DNA from: Carpediemonas membranifera BICM
Taxonomy: Eukaryota > Protista > Fornicata
Direction of reading: 5' to 3'
Assembly: GCA_019828565.1 (NCBI GenBank)
Contig: JAHDYR010000005.1
Location: 781,342 to 845,341, forward strand
DNA length: 64,000 nucleotides
The notes beneath the pieces are model-generated. The model searched no databases. It was not told the DNA's origin and saw only the letters and a program-made list of their open reading frames with translations. Below, piece by piece: positions 1 to 10,566 of this stretch (its first letter is position 1; each line of letters opens with the position of its first letter). A program made the translations under genes and the position numbers.

Positions 1-2036
1 CGTCCTGTATTATATTCCTAACGGTCATGCCCAGGCGATCACTGCCTCTCGACGCCGAGGTTACGCTGCTCAACGAGTGCTTCCTGCTCATCACCGAGTT
101 TGTCAGGGGCTATGGGCTGATTAGGGTCAAGACAGTCGGGCACACCCTGATGCTGTTCACTGACACTATCATCCCGTCAGACCTGAGTCATTTACTTATC
201 TCTATGTACGACCCAATCTCATTTATCGCGACTCCCGTCGCACTCAAGGCAGGCGTGGCTGTCGGCCCCGTCTCCGGTGGGGTCATCGGCAAGCTCCGGT
301 TCCAGTTCGACGTCTGGGGCACGGTGGTCAATGCCGCAGCCCGCATGGAGAGTCTGGCGCGGGCTGGGAGCGTCGTGTTGACAGAGGCAGCTTTCAAGGT
401 CATCCTCAGCGACCCGGGCGAGGCGTTGCAGATGGCGCCCGTGGCCGTGAAGGGCCTAGGGACAATGCAGCCGTGGGTGATGCCGCTTCTGACAAACGAG
501 GTCTCCGATGACGAGTCGATCGAGGAGCTCACGCTGTCCCCGGCCTCGGGTCTGTCCTCCGCGGTGTCCACCCCCCGGGGGCTCCACTCGCGGTCCCACA
601 GCAGGTTCGACCTGACGCTCGGGACGCCGAGGTCCAGCAACAACACGCCCAGGGCGTCCACCCGCGAGATGACAGACCTGCCGAGCGTCCTTGCCGACCT
701 TACCCACGTCGCCAAGAAGTTCGAGTTCTCATACATCCGGGAGGGCTTCGTCGACGGTTCTGTGCAGCGAGAGTTCCGGGCCTTCGCCTGCGCCCGCTCC
801 ACATCCCGTTTGAGCCCGCTCGTCCTGGTGCTGGCGGCCATGACAGTGTTGATCCATGATATTGACTTCATCTTTTTCTTTGATAACAAGGCCACCGCGA
901 CGTTTACGTGGGCCGGTGTGGCCGTGGCATTAGCCACTTTCTGTGCCTCCTGTGTCTGCGCAGGGGTCCTCGCCGCGATCATCGGGAAGCCACACCCGAT
1001 TTCCGCCGCTGTCGCGTTGTATTGCGACCTTGCTATCTTTTTTATCCACAATACCTTATTCTGCGCGGCGATACGGTACGCATCGGCAGACTATGCCATC
1101 GAGATCGATGCCTATCTGTCCCTCGTCACTGCGTCGATATTCCTGCGGGCCTGCATGGCGACTTTCTTTGACTTCGTCGCCGAGCCTTTTAATGTGATTG
1201 CTTTCGGTTCCATGTATTTATGTAATGCCCTCGTCTTCGGCCTGGCAAGCGGCTGGGCCCTTCACGCCGGGGTCGGCGGTGCAGCATCGCACGTCATCAA
1301 CTTGGTGATAATCGCGGTGTTCGGCATGAAAATCCGCATGACGCGGTGCGGGCTCATCTTCAGGACCCAGTCCATCGCTGAGGAGACCAGCCAGCGCGTC
1401 CACGTGCTCGAGAACAGGAAGGTCGCGCTGCTCGAACTCATCTACCCCAAGAGAGTCTGCGACTGTGTGCTGGCCGGCCGGCAGTACGGCCCCGAGTTTT
1501 TCCAGGGCGTCGGTGTCCTGGTGTTCGACGTCGTTGACTTCACCCACTGGTCAAGCACGCACGGCTCGGTCGAGACGATCGAGATGCTCAACTGGCTCTA
1601 CCATCTCTGCGACATGGAGGTCGTGCGCATGGCCGGAAAGGGCGTCAACAAGATCAAGACTTGTGGCGACGCGTACATCATCGCATGCGGCGCTCCAGAG
1701 CCGTGCGACCTACCTGTGGACACGCTCGTCAAGCTCGCCTTCCTCCTCGCTGCGAGAATGGAGGCCGAGAACGAGAACTGGCCCGATATCCGCTGCAGAT
1801 TTGGTATCTCGTACGGCGATGCCATGGGCGCTGTCATGGGTTGTGCTCAGACGTCCATTTTCGATCTTTTCGGCCCAACAGTGACCGAGGCCGAGCGCAT
1901 GCAGGCTGCTGGCGAGCCTGGCAAGGTCATGCTGAGCGCTCGAGCTGAGAGGCATTGGACCGAGGGAGCTCTCAGGGCATACCACATCGTCCAGCCTGTG
2001 GCGGGCGGGTATCTCGTCACGAGAGCCGGCGAGTGA
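1..2036 (+). CDS. Membrane class III nucleotide (adenylyl-type) cyclase, 5'-partial: cyclase domain, ~6 TM, second cyclase domain
   Basis: Motifs VKTVGH...QFDVWGTVVNAAARME and VFDVVDFT...KIKTCGDAY...FDLFGPTVTEAERM flank a hydrophobic TM block; the frame is open back to nt 3, so the gene starts upstream of the window. Confidence 0.9.
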   Translation, partial: SCIIFLTVMPRRSLPLDAEVTLLNECFLLITEFVRGYGLIRVKTVGHTLMLFTDTIIPSDLSHLLISMYDPISFIATPVALKAGVAVGPVSGGVIGKLRFQFDVWGTVVNAAARMESLARAGSVVLTEAAFKVILSDPGEALQMAPVAVKGLGTMQPWVMPLLTNEVSDDESIEELTLSPASGLSSAVSTPRGLHSRSHSRFDLTLGTPRSSNNTPRASTREMTDLPSVLADLTHVAKKFEFSYIREGFVDGSVQREFRAFACARSTSRLSPLVLVLAAMTVLIHDIDFIFFFDNKATATFTWAGVAVALATFCASCVCAGVLAAIIGKPHPISAAVALYCDLAIFFIHNTLFCAAIRYASADYAIEIDAYLSLVTASIFLRACMATFFDFVAEPFNVIAFGSMYLCNALVFGLASGWALHAGVGGAASHVINLVIIAVFGMKIRMTRCGLIFRTQSIAEETSQRVHVLENRKVALLELIYPKRVCDCVLAGRQYGPEFFQGVGVLVFDVVDFTHWSSTHGSVETIEMLNWLYHLCDMEVVRMAGKGVNKIKTCGDAYIIACGAPEPCDLPVDTLVKLAFLLAARMEAENENWPDIRCRFGISYGDAMGAVMGCAQTSIFDLFGPTVTEAERMQAAGEPGKVMLSARAERHWTEGALRAYHIVQPVAGGYLVTRAGE

Positions 2037-2222
2037 ACATTATGCGATGCGCTGATGGTGTAGTTGTACTGTACTTTAGCATGTATGTACTTTTCGATCC
2101 GTGTAGACGCGCAAGGATCCGATAAAGGTTAGTCGACTTTGTCCACTCGCTCGATCAATATGTGGAAAAGATTTGATAAATACGATTTTACTCCTGGCAG
2201 ATCTTTCAAGGATCCACCATAT

Positions 2223-5200
2223 CTACATTATTCTCGGTATCCAGCGGCTACCACCAAGCGCAATAAGCCAGCACACGCCGAGTAACGCGGCGACGGTCCA
2301 CACCATGAGAATGCGGTCCATCGTCCGGTCCCGGGATGGTGCTCGACGAGGGGGCTCCACGGGCTGGGCGCGGGCGGTCTCGAGGGCCTGCATGCGTCTG
2401 GCTGAGTTATCCCTCTCGTTCTTAGCCTCGCGTTGAGCGTCTGCGAGTTTGATCTTGAGGTCTTCCAACTCTCTCCGAAGAGCGTCGACCTCGACCATGC
2501 TGTGCGTGGCCTCCTTCAGCAGCACCTCGTGTCTGCCACTTCCATCCTCCGCCGCGAATGCGTTGTACAGCGCCCTGATGTGATCGAGGTAGCCGCGGGT
2601 CACCTCAGGCAGCGTAGTGGCGGAGGCGGCGGCCCTCTCGAGCATGGAGGGCGATAGAGACTGGACGAAGGCGCGGTACTCGCGGGCGGGCTTGGACTGG
2701 CGGGTCTCGAGAGCAGCCTTCTCCTCAGCGACGGAAGCGACCTGGGTCTCGAGAGCGGCCTTCTCCTCGCGGATCTCGGCAAGCTTCTGCTCGAGCTCGG
2801 TCTGGGTAGACTCGCGGTCCTTGGCAGACTCCTCGAGGCGGGTCTCGAGAGCAGCCTTCTCCTCGCGGATCTCGGCGAGCTTCTGCTCGAGCTCGGTCTG
2901 GGTAGACTCGCGGTCCTTGGCAGACTCCTCGAGGCGGGTCTCGAGAGCAGCCTTCTCCTCAGCGACGGAAGCGACCTGGGTCTCGAGAGCGGCCTTCTCC
3001 TCGCGGATCTCGGCAAGCTTCTGCTCGAGCTCGGTCTGGGTAGACTCGCGGTCCTTGGCAGACTCCTCGAGGCGGGTCTCGAGAGAAGCCTTCTCCTCAG
3101 CGACGGAAGCGACCTGGGTCTCGAGAGCAGCCTTCTCCTCGCGGATCTCGGCAAGCTTCTGCTCGAGCTCGGTCTGGGTAGACTCGCGGTCCTTGGCAGA
3201 CTCCTCGAGGCGGGTCTCGAGAGCAGCCTTCTCCTCAGCGACGGAAGCGACCTGGGTCTCGAGAGCGGCCTTCTCCTCGCGGATCTCGGCAAGCTTCTGC
3301 TCGAGCTCGGTCTGGGTAGACTCGCGGTCCTTGGCAGACTCCTCGAGGCGGGTCTCGAGAGCAGCCTTCTCCTCGCGGATCTCGGCGAGCTTCTGCTCGA
3401 GCTCGGTCTGGGTAGACTCGCGGTCCTTGGCAGACTCCTCGAGGCGGGTCTCGAGAGCGGCCTTCTCCTCGCGGATCTCGGCAAGCTTCTGCTCGAGCTC
3501 GGTCTGGGTAGACTCGCGGTCCTTGGCGGACTCCTCGAGGCGGGTCTCGAGAGAAGCCTTCTCCTCAGCGACGGAAGCGACCTGGGTCTCGAGAGCGGCC
3601 TTCTCCTCGCGGATCTCGGCGAGCTTCTGCTCGAGCTCGGTCTGGGTAGACTCGCGGTCCTTGGCAGACTCCTCGAGGCGGGTCTCGAGAGAAGCCTTCT
3701 CCTCGCGGATCTCGGCAAGCTTCTGCTCGAGCTCGGTCTGGGTAGACTCGCGGTCCTTGGCAGACTCCTCGAGGCGGGTCTCGAGAGCAGCCTTCTCCTC
3801 AGCGACGGAAGCGACCTGGGTCTCGAGAGCAGCCTTCTCCTCGCGGATCTCGGCAAGCTTCTGCTCGAGCTCGGTCTGGGTAGACTCGCGGTCCTTGGCA
3901 GACTCCTCGAGGCGGGTCTCGAGAGCGGCCTTCTCCTCGCGGATCTCGGCAAGCTTCTGCTCGAGCTCGGTCTGGGTAGACTCGCGGTCCTTGGCAGACT
4001 CCTCGAGGCGGGTCTCGAGAGCAGCCTTCTCCTCGCGGATCTCGGCAAGCTTCTGCTCGAGCTCGGTCTGGGTAGACTCGCGGTCCTTGGCGGACTCCTC
4101 GAGGCGGGTCTCGAGAGCAGCCTTCTCCTCAGCGACGGAAGCGACCTGGGTCTCGAGAGCAGCCTTCTCCTCGCGGATCTCGGCAAGCTTCTGCTCGAGC
4201 TCGGTCTGGGTAGACTCGCGGTCCTTGGCAGACTCCTCGAGGCGGGTCTCGAGAGCGGCCTTCTCCTCGCGGATCTCGGCGAGCTTCTGCTCGAGCTCGG
4301 TCTGGGTAGAGTCGCGGTCCTTGGCAGACTCCTCGAGGCGGGTCTCGAGAGAAGCCTTCTCCTCAGCGACGGAAGCGACCTGGGTCTCGAGAGCGGCCTT
4401 CTCCTCAGCGACGGAAGCGACCTGGGTCTCGAGAGCAGCCTTCTCCTCGCGGATCTCGGCGAGCTTCTGCTCGAGCTCGGTCTGGGTAGACTCGCGGTCC
4501 TTGGCAGACTCCTCGAGGCGGGTCTCGAGAGCAGCCTTCTCCTCGCGGATCTCGGCAAGCTTCTGCTCGAGCTCGGTCTGGGTAGACTCGCGGTCCTTGG
4601 CAGACTCCTCGAGGCGGGTCTCGAGAGCAGCCTTCTCCTCAGCGACGGAAGCGACCTGGGTCTCGAGAGCAGCCTTCTCCTCGCGGATCTCGGCGAGCTT
4701 CTGCTCGAGCTCGGTCTGGGTAGACTCGCGGTCCTTGGCAGACTCCTCGAGGCGGGTTTCGAGAGCGGCCTTCTCCTCGCGGATCTCGGCAAGCTTCTGC
4801 TCGAGCTCGGTCTGGGTAGACTCGCGGTCCTTGGCAGACTCCTCGAGGCGGGTCTCGAGAGCGGCCTTCTCCTCGCGGATCTCGGCAAGCTTCTGCTCGA
4901 GCTCGGTCTGGGTAGACTCGCGGTCCTTGGCGGACTCCTCGAGGCGGGTCTCGAGAGCAGCCTTCTCCTCAGCGACGGAAGCGACCTGGGTCTCGAGAGC
5001 AGCCTTCTCCTCGCGGATCTCGGCGAGCTTCTGCTCGAGCTCGGTCTGGGTAGACTCGCGGTCCTTGGCAGACTCCTCGAGGCGGGTCTCGAGAGCAGCC
5101 TTCTCCCTCAGCGACGGAAGCGACCTGGGTCTCGAGAGCGGCCTTCTCCTCGCGGATCTCGGCGAGCTTCTGCTCGAGCTCGGTCTGGGTAGACTCGCGG

Positions 5201-8154
5201 TCCTTGGCAGACTCCTCGAGGCGGGTCTCGAGAGCGGCCTTCTCCTCGCGGATCTCGGCGAGCTTCTGCTCGAGCTCGGTCTGGGTAGACTCGCGGTCCT
5301 TGGCAGACTCCTCGAGGCGGGTCTCGAGAGCAGCCTTCTCCTCAGCGACGGAAGCGACCTGGGTCTCGAGAGCAGCCTTCTCCTCGCGGATCTCGGCAAG
5401 CTTCTGCTCGAGCTCGGTCTGGGTAGACTCGCGGTCCTTGGCAGACTCCTCGAGGCGGGTCTCGAGAGAAGCCTTCTCCTCAGCGACGGAAGCGACCTGG
5501 GTCTCGAGAGCGGCCTTCTCCTCGCGGATCTCGGCAAGCTTCTGCTCGAGCTCGGTCTGGGTAGACTCGCGGTCCTTGGCGGACTCCTCGAGGCGGGTCT
5601 CGAGAGCAGCCTTCTCCTCAGCGACGGAAGCGACCTGGGTCTCGAGAGCAGCCTTCTCCTCAGCGACGGAAGCGACCTGGGTCTCGAGAGCAGCCTTCTC
5701 CTCGCGGATCTCGGCAAGCTTCTGCTCGAGCTCGGTCTGGGTAGACTCGCGGTCCTTGGCGGACTCCTCGAGGCGGGTCTCGAGAGCAGCCTTCTCCTCA
5801 GCGACGGACGCGACCTGGGTCTCGAGAGCGGCCTTCTCCTCGCGGATCTCGGCAAGCTTCTGCTCGAGCTCGGTCTGGGTAGACTCGCGGTCCTTGGCAG
5901 ACTCCTCGAGGCGGGTCTCGAGAGAAGCCTTCTCCTCGCGGATCTCGGCAAGCTTCTGCTCGAGCTCGGTCTGGGTAGACTCGCGGTCCTTGGCAGACTC
6001 CTCGAGGCGGGTCTCGAGAGCGGCCTTCTCCTCGCGGATCTCGGCAAGCTTCTGCTCGAGCTCGGTCTGGGTAGACTCGCGGTCCTTGGCAGACTCCTCG
6101 AGGCGGGTTTCGAGAGAAGCCTTCTCCTCGCGGATCTCGGCAAGCTTCTGCTCGAGCTCGGTCTGGGTAGACTCGCGGTCCTTGGCAGACTCCTCGAGGC
6201 GGGTCTCGAGAGCAGCCTTCTCCTCAGCGACGGAAGCGACCTGGGTCTCGAGAGCGGCCTTCTCCTCGCGGATCTCGGCGAGCTTCTGCTCGAGCTCGGT
6301 CTGGGTAGACTCGCGGTCCTTGGCAGACTCCTCGAGGCGGGTCTCGAGAGCAGCCTTCTCCTCAGCGACGGAAGCGACCTGGGTCTCGAGAGCAGCCTTC
6401 TCCTCGCGGATCTCGGCGAGCTTCTGCTCGAGCTCGGTCTGGGTAGACTCGCGGTCCTTGGCAGACTCCTCGAGGCGGGTCTCGAGAGAAGCCTTCTCCT
6501 CAGCGACGGAAGCGACCTGGGTCTCGAGAGCGGCCTTCTCCTCGCGGATCTCGGCAAGCTTCTGCTCGAGCTCGGTCTGGGTAGACTCGCGGTCCTTGGC
6601 AGACTCCTCGAGGCGGGTTTCGAGAGCAGCCTTCTCCTCGCGGATCTCGGCAAGCTTCTGCTCGAGCTCGGTCTGGGTAGACTCGCGGTCCTTGGCAGAC
6701 TCCTCGAGGCGGGTCTCGAGAGCAGCCTTCTCCTCGCGGATCTCGGCAAGCTTCTGCTCGAGCTCGGTCTGGGTAGACTCGCGGTCCTTGGCAGACTCCT
6801 CGAGGCGGGTTTCGAGAGAAGCCTTCTCCTCGCGGATCTCGGCAAGCTTCTGCTCGAGCTCGGTCTGGGTAGACTCGCGGTCCTTGGCAGACTCCTCGAG
6901 GCGGGTCTCGAGAGCGGCCTTCTCCTCGCGGATCTCGGCAAGCTTCTGCTCGAGCTCGGTCTGGGTAGACTCGCGGTCCTTGGCAGACTCCTCGAGGCGG
7001 GTTTCGAGAGCAGCCTTCTCCTCGCGGATCTCGGCAAGCTTCTGCTCGAGCTCGGTCTGGGTAGACTCGCGGTCCTTGGCAGACTCCTCGAGGCGGGTCT
7101 CGAGAGAAGCCTTCTCCTCAGCGACGGAAGCGACCTGGGTCTCGAGAGCAGCCTTCTCCTCGCGGATCTCGGCAAGCTTCTGCTCGAGCTCGGTCTGGGT
7201 AGACTCGCGGTCCTTGGCAGACTCCTCGAGGCGGGTCTCGAGAGCAGCCTTCTCCTCAGCGACGGAAGCGACCTGGGTCTCGAGAGCAGCCTTCTCCTCG
7301 CGGATCTCGGCAAGCTTCTGCTCCAGGGCGGCCTTCTGCCCACTGGCCGCGTCAGCCACGAGCGTCAAGTTCCCACCCTTCTCGAGCGCCTCCTTCAGCT
7401 CGCTGTTCTCAGCCTCCAGCCGGCTGACCCTATCCGCGGCCTCCTGGGAGACGGTGAGGGCCGCCTCCATCGCTTGGTTCATCCCGTCAAGCTCCTCCTC
7501 CGCTCCGGTCAGCTGGGTCCGGAGGGAGTCGTTGGCGTCCTCCAGCTTGCGGGCTTGCCTGGACTTGGACTCGGCTTGCTCCATGCTGGCGCGAGCGGCG
7601 TCGTTAGCGGCAGCAAGACGCTTCTCCAGGCTTGAGCGTTCGGCCGCAAGGCGCTTGGCCGCTGTGGATACCTCCTCGTGCTTCCGCTTGAGCTCGTCCT
7701 GTTTCTCCTTCTGCTCGCCGATGAATGCCACAAGTTTGTGCTGTGACTCCCGCAGCTCGTTGACGATGGCCATGGCCTGCTCTTGGGTCAGGCCGCCCGT
7801 TTCACTCGAGTGCTTGGGCCCTATAGAGGCCTCTAGCTGTGCCAGAGTGTTCTCAAGGCGCCCCGAGACGGCCTTGAACGCCCTGGTGTCCGGGGAGAAT
7901 GTGCGAGCGCTTCTCGGGGGCTTAGGCGTGCGACCTGACGCCAGATCATCGATCATATTCCTGCTCATGGTGTTCAGAAGTTGCCTTTGTCTTGGAGATG
8001 TTCCAGCGTGCCCAGCCTTGCCTTCAGCAGCAAGTTCTTTCAATGCATGCGTAGCAATCAGTTTCTGCGGGCTTGAAGAGGAGGATTCGTGCCTTAGCGA
8101 GCTACGCCGCTTCGGCGTTGATTGCACTGGCGTTTTCGGCCCGTGCGCGCTCAT
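2223..8154 (-). CDS. Giant tandem-repeat coiled-coil protein with C-terminal TM anchor (~1976 aa once a 1-nt insertion at 5105-5107 is removed)
   Basis: ATG at 8154 (MSAHGPKTP). The E/K/A/L-rich repeat frame runs in ORF 4969..8265 down to ~5107 and in ORF 2223..7343 from there to the stop. Ends ILMVWTVAALLGVCWLIALGGSRWIPRIM*. Confidence 0.8.
2701..7323. repeat. Coding tandem array of 38 x 96-nt units (32 aa) and 22 x 42-nt units (14 aa) in irregular order, plus a partial unit
   Basis: Counted directly: 38x96 + 22x42 + 1 extra C = 4573 nt (2701-7273). Units differ at only a few positions. Confidence 0.97.
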
Positions 8155-8415
8155 CCTGTCTGTCCCGCTTTTCAGAAATCCCCTGATTTTTCCGTGTGCC
8201 ACGGGGCTGATCAGGGGATGCTGCCGCACACCGCACAGGCAGTGAGGTACTATAGGAGCCACCACACGTGGCGTTTACTTCTTTCGGTGCTGTCGACCTC
8301 TCTCTGCCCTCATTGAGTCCACACGTCAGACAACGGTGCTTGCGGCGTCACCCTCGAAGTGTCGACATCCATCCCATGTCTGTCTCTGTCTGCACAACAG
8401 GTCGACCCACCTTGC

Positions 8416-8883
8416 CTAGTCCCCACTGGACTGCCCGGCCCCCTCCCCACGGCCCGCCTCCTCCTTCTCCCGCTCCTCCCAGGTCACCTCCTCGGGGAAC
8501 ACGGGGGGTCTGCACGGCCGGACATGGTCCCGGGCGGTGATCAGAACGCCCCGCATGGAGAGCACGGTGGATGGGAGAAGCACGGCCACGGTGAGGCGGT
8601 AGAGGGCCACGACGGCGGTGTCTGCAGCGAAGAGGTACAGGAGGAATAGGAAGAAGGCGACGTCCAGAATGAGCACGAAGACGAGCGTGGAGTAGCGCTG
8701 GACAAGAAACGGGAGGCTACATAGCTTCAGTGTGTATAGAATGCCACACAGTGGCCAGAATATGGCGAATTCAATCTCGAGGGCCCTGTACTTGTCAAAA
8801 GCGTATGATAGAGCGCTGATGTTGAAGATATGGATGAAAATGATACCAATATACAGCTGACGCAATTCGCTATTCGAAAGCAT
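8416..8883 (-). CDS. Small multi-pass membrane protein, unknown function
   Basis: 155-aa ORF from ATG 8883 with ~4 hydrophobic segments and an acidic tail. Confidence 0.7.
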   Translation of the reverse strand: MLSNSELRQLYIGIIFIHIFNISALSYAFDKYRALEIEFAIFWPLCGILYTLKLCSLPFLVQRYSTLVFVLILDVAFFLFLLYLFAADTAVVALYRLTVAVLLPSTVLSMRGVLITARDHVRPCRPPVFPEEVTWEEREKEEAGRGEGAGQSSGD

Positions 8884-9066
8884 CACTTGCTTCGCGCTCA
8901 GTGACGCAGGATTTCGTTTGCCGGCCGAAAAATGACCCGTTCAAAATAGATATCAGGCTCTTGGTCCTCCCTGCAGTTGGCCAGGGCGAGAACTTACTGT
9001 CCAGCGACCCCGAATGGTGATTTAGCTTGTCCGCAGTTTATTCGTGACATTCGATTGCAACGAGCA

Positions 9067-10332
9067 ATGGTGTACGTTGTCTTCGACAAGCACGATTCTC
9101 AGGACGTAGAGCCGAATGAGCAGTTTCAAGAGATTATTGAACGCCACTTGCGCGTCATCCCCACTCCTTCTACCCTTATCGAAGCCTCGCTTCATCTCCA
9201 CGCCTCCAGGCTTATTCCCGACGGCCCTTTGAAACACAAGCTGCACGAGATGGTCCTAGACTGCGCCCGTCGCAACGAAGCGTCCAAGATCGTCCACAAC
9301 CTCCCGTGGCCCCGGGAACTGACCGAGTCCCACCGCACACAGTGGGCTGATGCTCAGTCCAAGGCCAACCTCGAGCGGGTAGAGGCCATGCGGGCCAAGC
9401 TCCGCGAGCATGTGATCAACGGTATTCCCGGTCCCATTGTCGCGCAGTATCGAGAGATCATTGCCACGAACGAACGACTGGGTTGGTTCAACGAGATGAT
9501 GCAGCACTGTCGCGAGGTCATGCAGCACCTCACACTGCAGGAGCGGGAGGCCGAGCAGGCGATGGTGTCGTTCCGCTCGCTGATGTTCGGGTCCCTCAGG
9601 GACCTTGCTTTCATCAGCCACAGCCCGACGCAACCCGACCAAGAGGTGCGGTTCCTGTACGCCCTTGCCACACACAACACAGCTGAGGCCTTCGAGGTAC
9701 TCGAACCCCTGCTAAACAGGGACCCGCTGCTGCTGCAGGGGGCACTGCACCCGTCGGCCATGGCCATCATCGCGACGATGCTCACTGTAGCTCACGGCAC
9801 AAGGGAGCAGATCCGCGAGCTCCCACACGCCCTGACCCTGCAGGACGGCTTCGACTCGTGCCCCGCTGCCCTAAAACTGCTCGACTGCTGCATGTCGATC
9901 AACACGCGGGGCTCGCTCTCCGCCCTGGCCCAGCTGCGGACTGAGCTGGCCGTGTCCCCCTTCGTGTGCGTGTACAAGGCCTCCGCCGCCCCGGTCGACG
10001 CGGTCCGCTTCCGTCTGATGGAGTGGCACCTTTCAGCGAAGCGCAGAGTCCGCACTGACTGCTTCATGGAGCTGTTCGCGGTGCAGGACCTCGACTACAC
10101 CCTCAGGGGGCTCCCGATGTTCCAGTTCAGGGTCAACCTCGCAGCCAAGACGATGACGGTGGAGCACGCCAAGGACGCAGTTGGCCGGGACGCGATACGG
10201 GTCATGGACTCACTCATAGCGGCCCAGCTGGCGACACAGCAGCACGTGGTGTTCGACACGCTGCGGCTGGACGACTCACGGGTCGCCCGGTTGAGGCAGC
10301 GGGAGGCCGACGACCTCAGCGCCCTGATGTGA
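9067..10332 (+). CDS. PCI-domain protein, COP9 signalosome subunit 1 (GPS1)/Rpn7-like, divergent
   Basis: WADAQSKANLERVEAMRAKLREHVINGIPGPI resembles the CSN1 helix region; C-terminal PCI-like FRVNLAAKTM; first ATG at 9067. Confidence 0.6.
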   Translation: MVYVVFDKHDSQDVEPNEQFQEIIERHLRVIPTPSTLIEASLHLHASRLIPDGPLKHKLHEMVLDCARRNEASKIVHNLPWPRELTESHRTQWADAQSKANLERVEAMRAKLREHVINGIPGPIVAQYREIIATNERLGWFNEMMQHCREVMQHLTLQEREAEQAMVSFRSLMFGSLRDLAFISHSPTQPDQEVRFLYALATHNTAEAFEVLEPLLNRDPLLLQGALHPSAMAIIATMLTVAHGTREQIRELPHALTLQDGFDSCPAALKLLDCCMSINTRGSLSALAQLRTELAVSPFVCVYKASAAPVDAVRFRLMEWHLSAKRRVRTDCFMELFAVQDLDYTLRGLPMFQFRVNLAAKTMTVEHAKDAVGRDAIRVMDSLIAAQLATQQHVVFDTLRLDDSRVARLRQREADDLSALM

Positions 10333-10566
10333 GTGGGAGGGAGTAGGTTTGAGTATCTGGTTAGTTTGTAAATGGTGGTGGCGCGGTTTGATGCTGACTG
10401 GCTTGTTGTGTTGTTCAACCCCAGACATCCGCTCATCGTTTGCAGTATTTATCCAGTTATACGCACGCATGCATGGCTATGTACTCTACCTGTCCCAGCG
10501 TTGTCCCAGCGTCATCCCGGCCGACGACACTTATCCTGCTCATCGCGATCGTCGAATCATCACACA

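Noticed and set aside
2701-7323. Array as CRISPR or satellite DNA
   Set aside because: No unique spacers or cas genes; unit lengths are multiples of 3 and in frame in a eukaryotic gene
2701-7323. STQT in each 32-aa unit as ~38 LC8 sites
   Set aside because: Embedded in continuous helical heptads with Glu at -3; LC8 needs an extended, disordered strand
2600-8245. Very long alternative-frame and antisense ORFs (Ser/Arg-rich and Leu/Gly-rich) across the repeat
   Set aside because: Shadows of a stop-free tandem repeat; only the E/K/A/L frame connects to a unique N-terminus and a TM C-terminus
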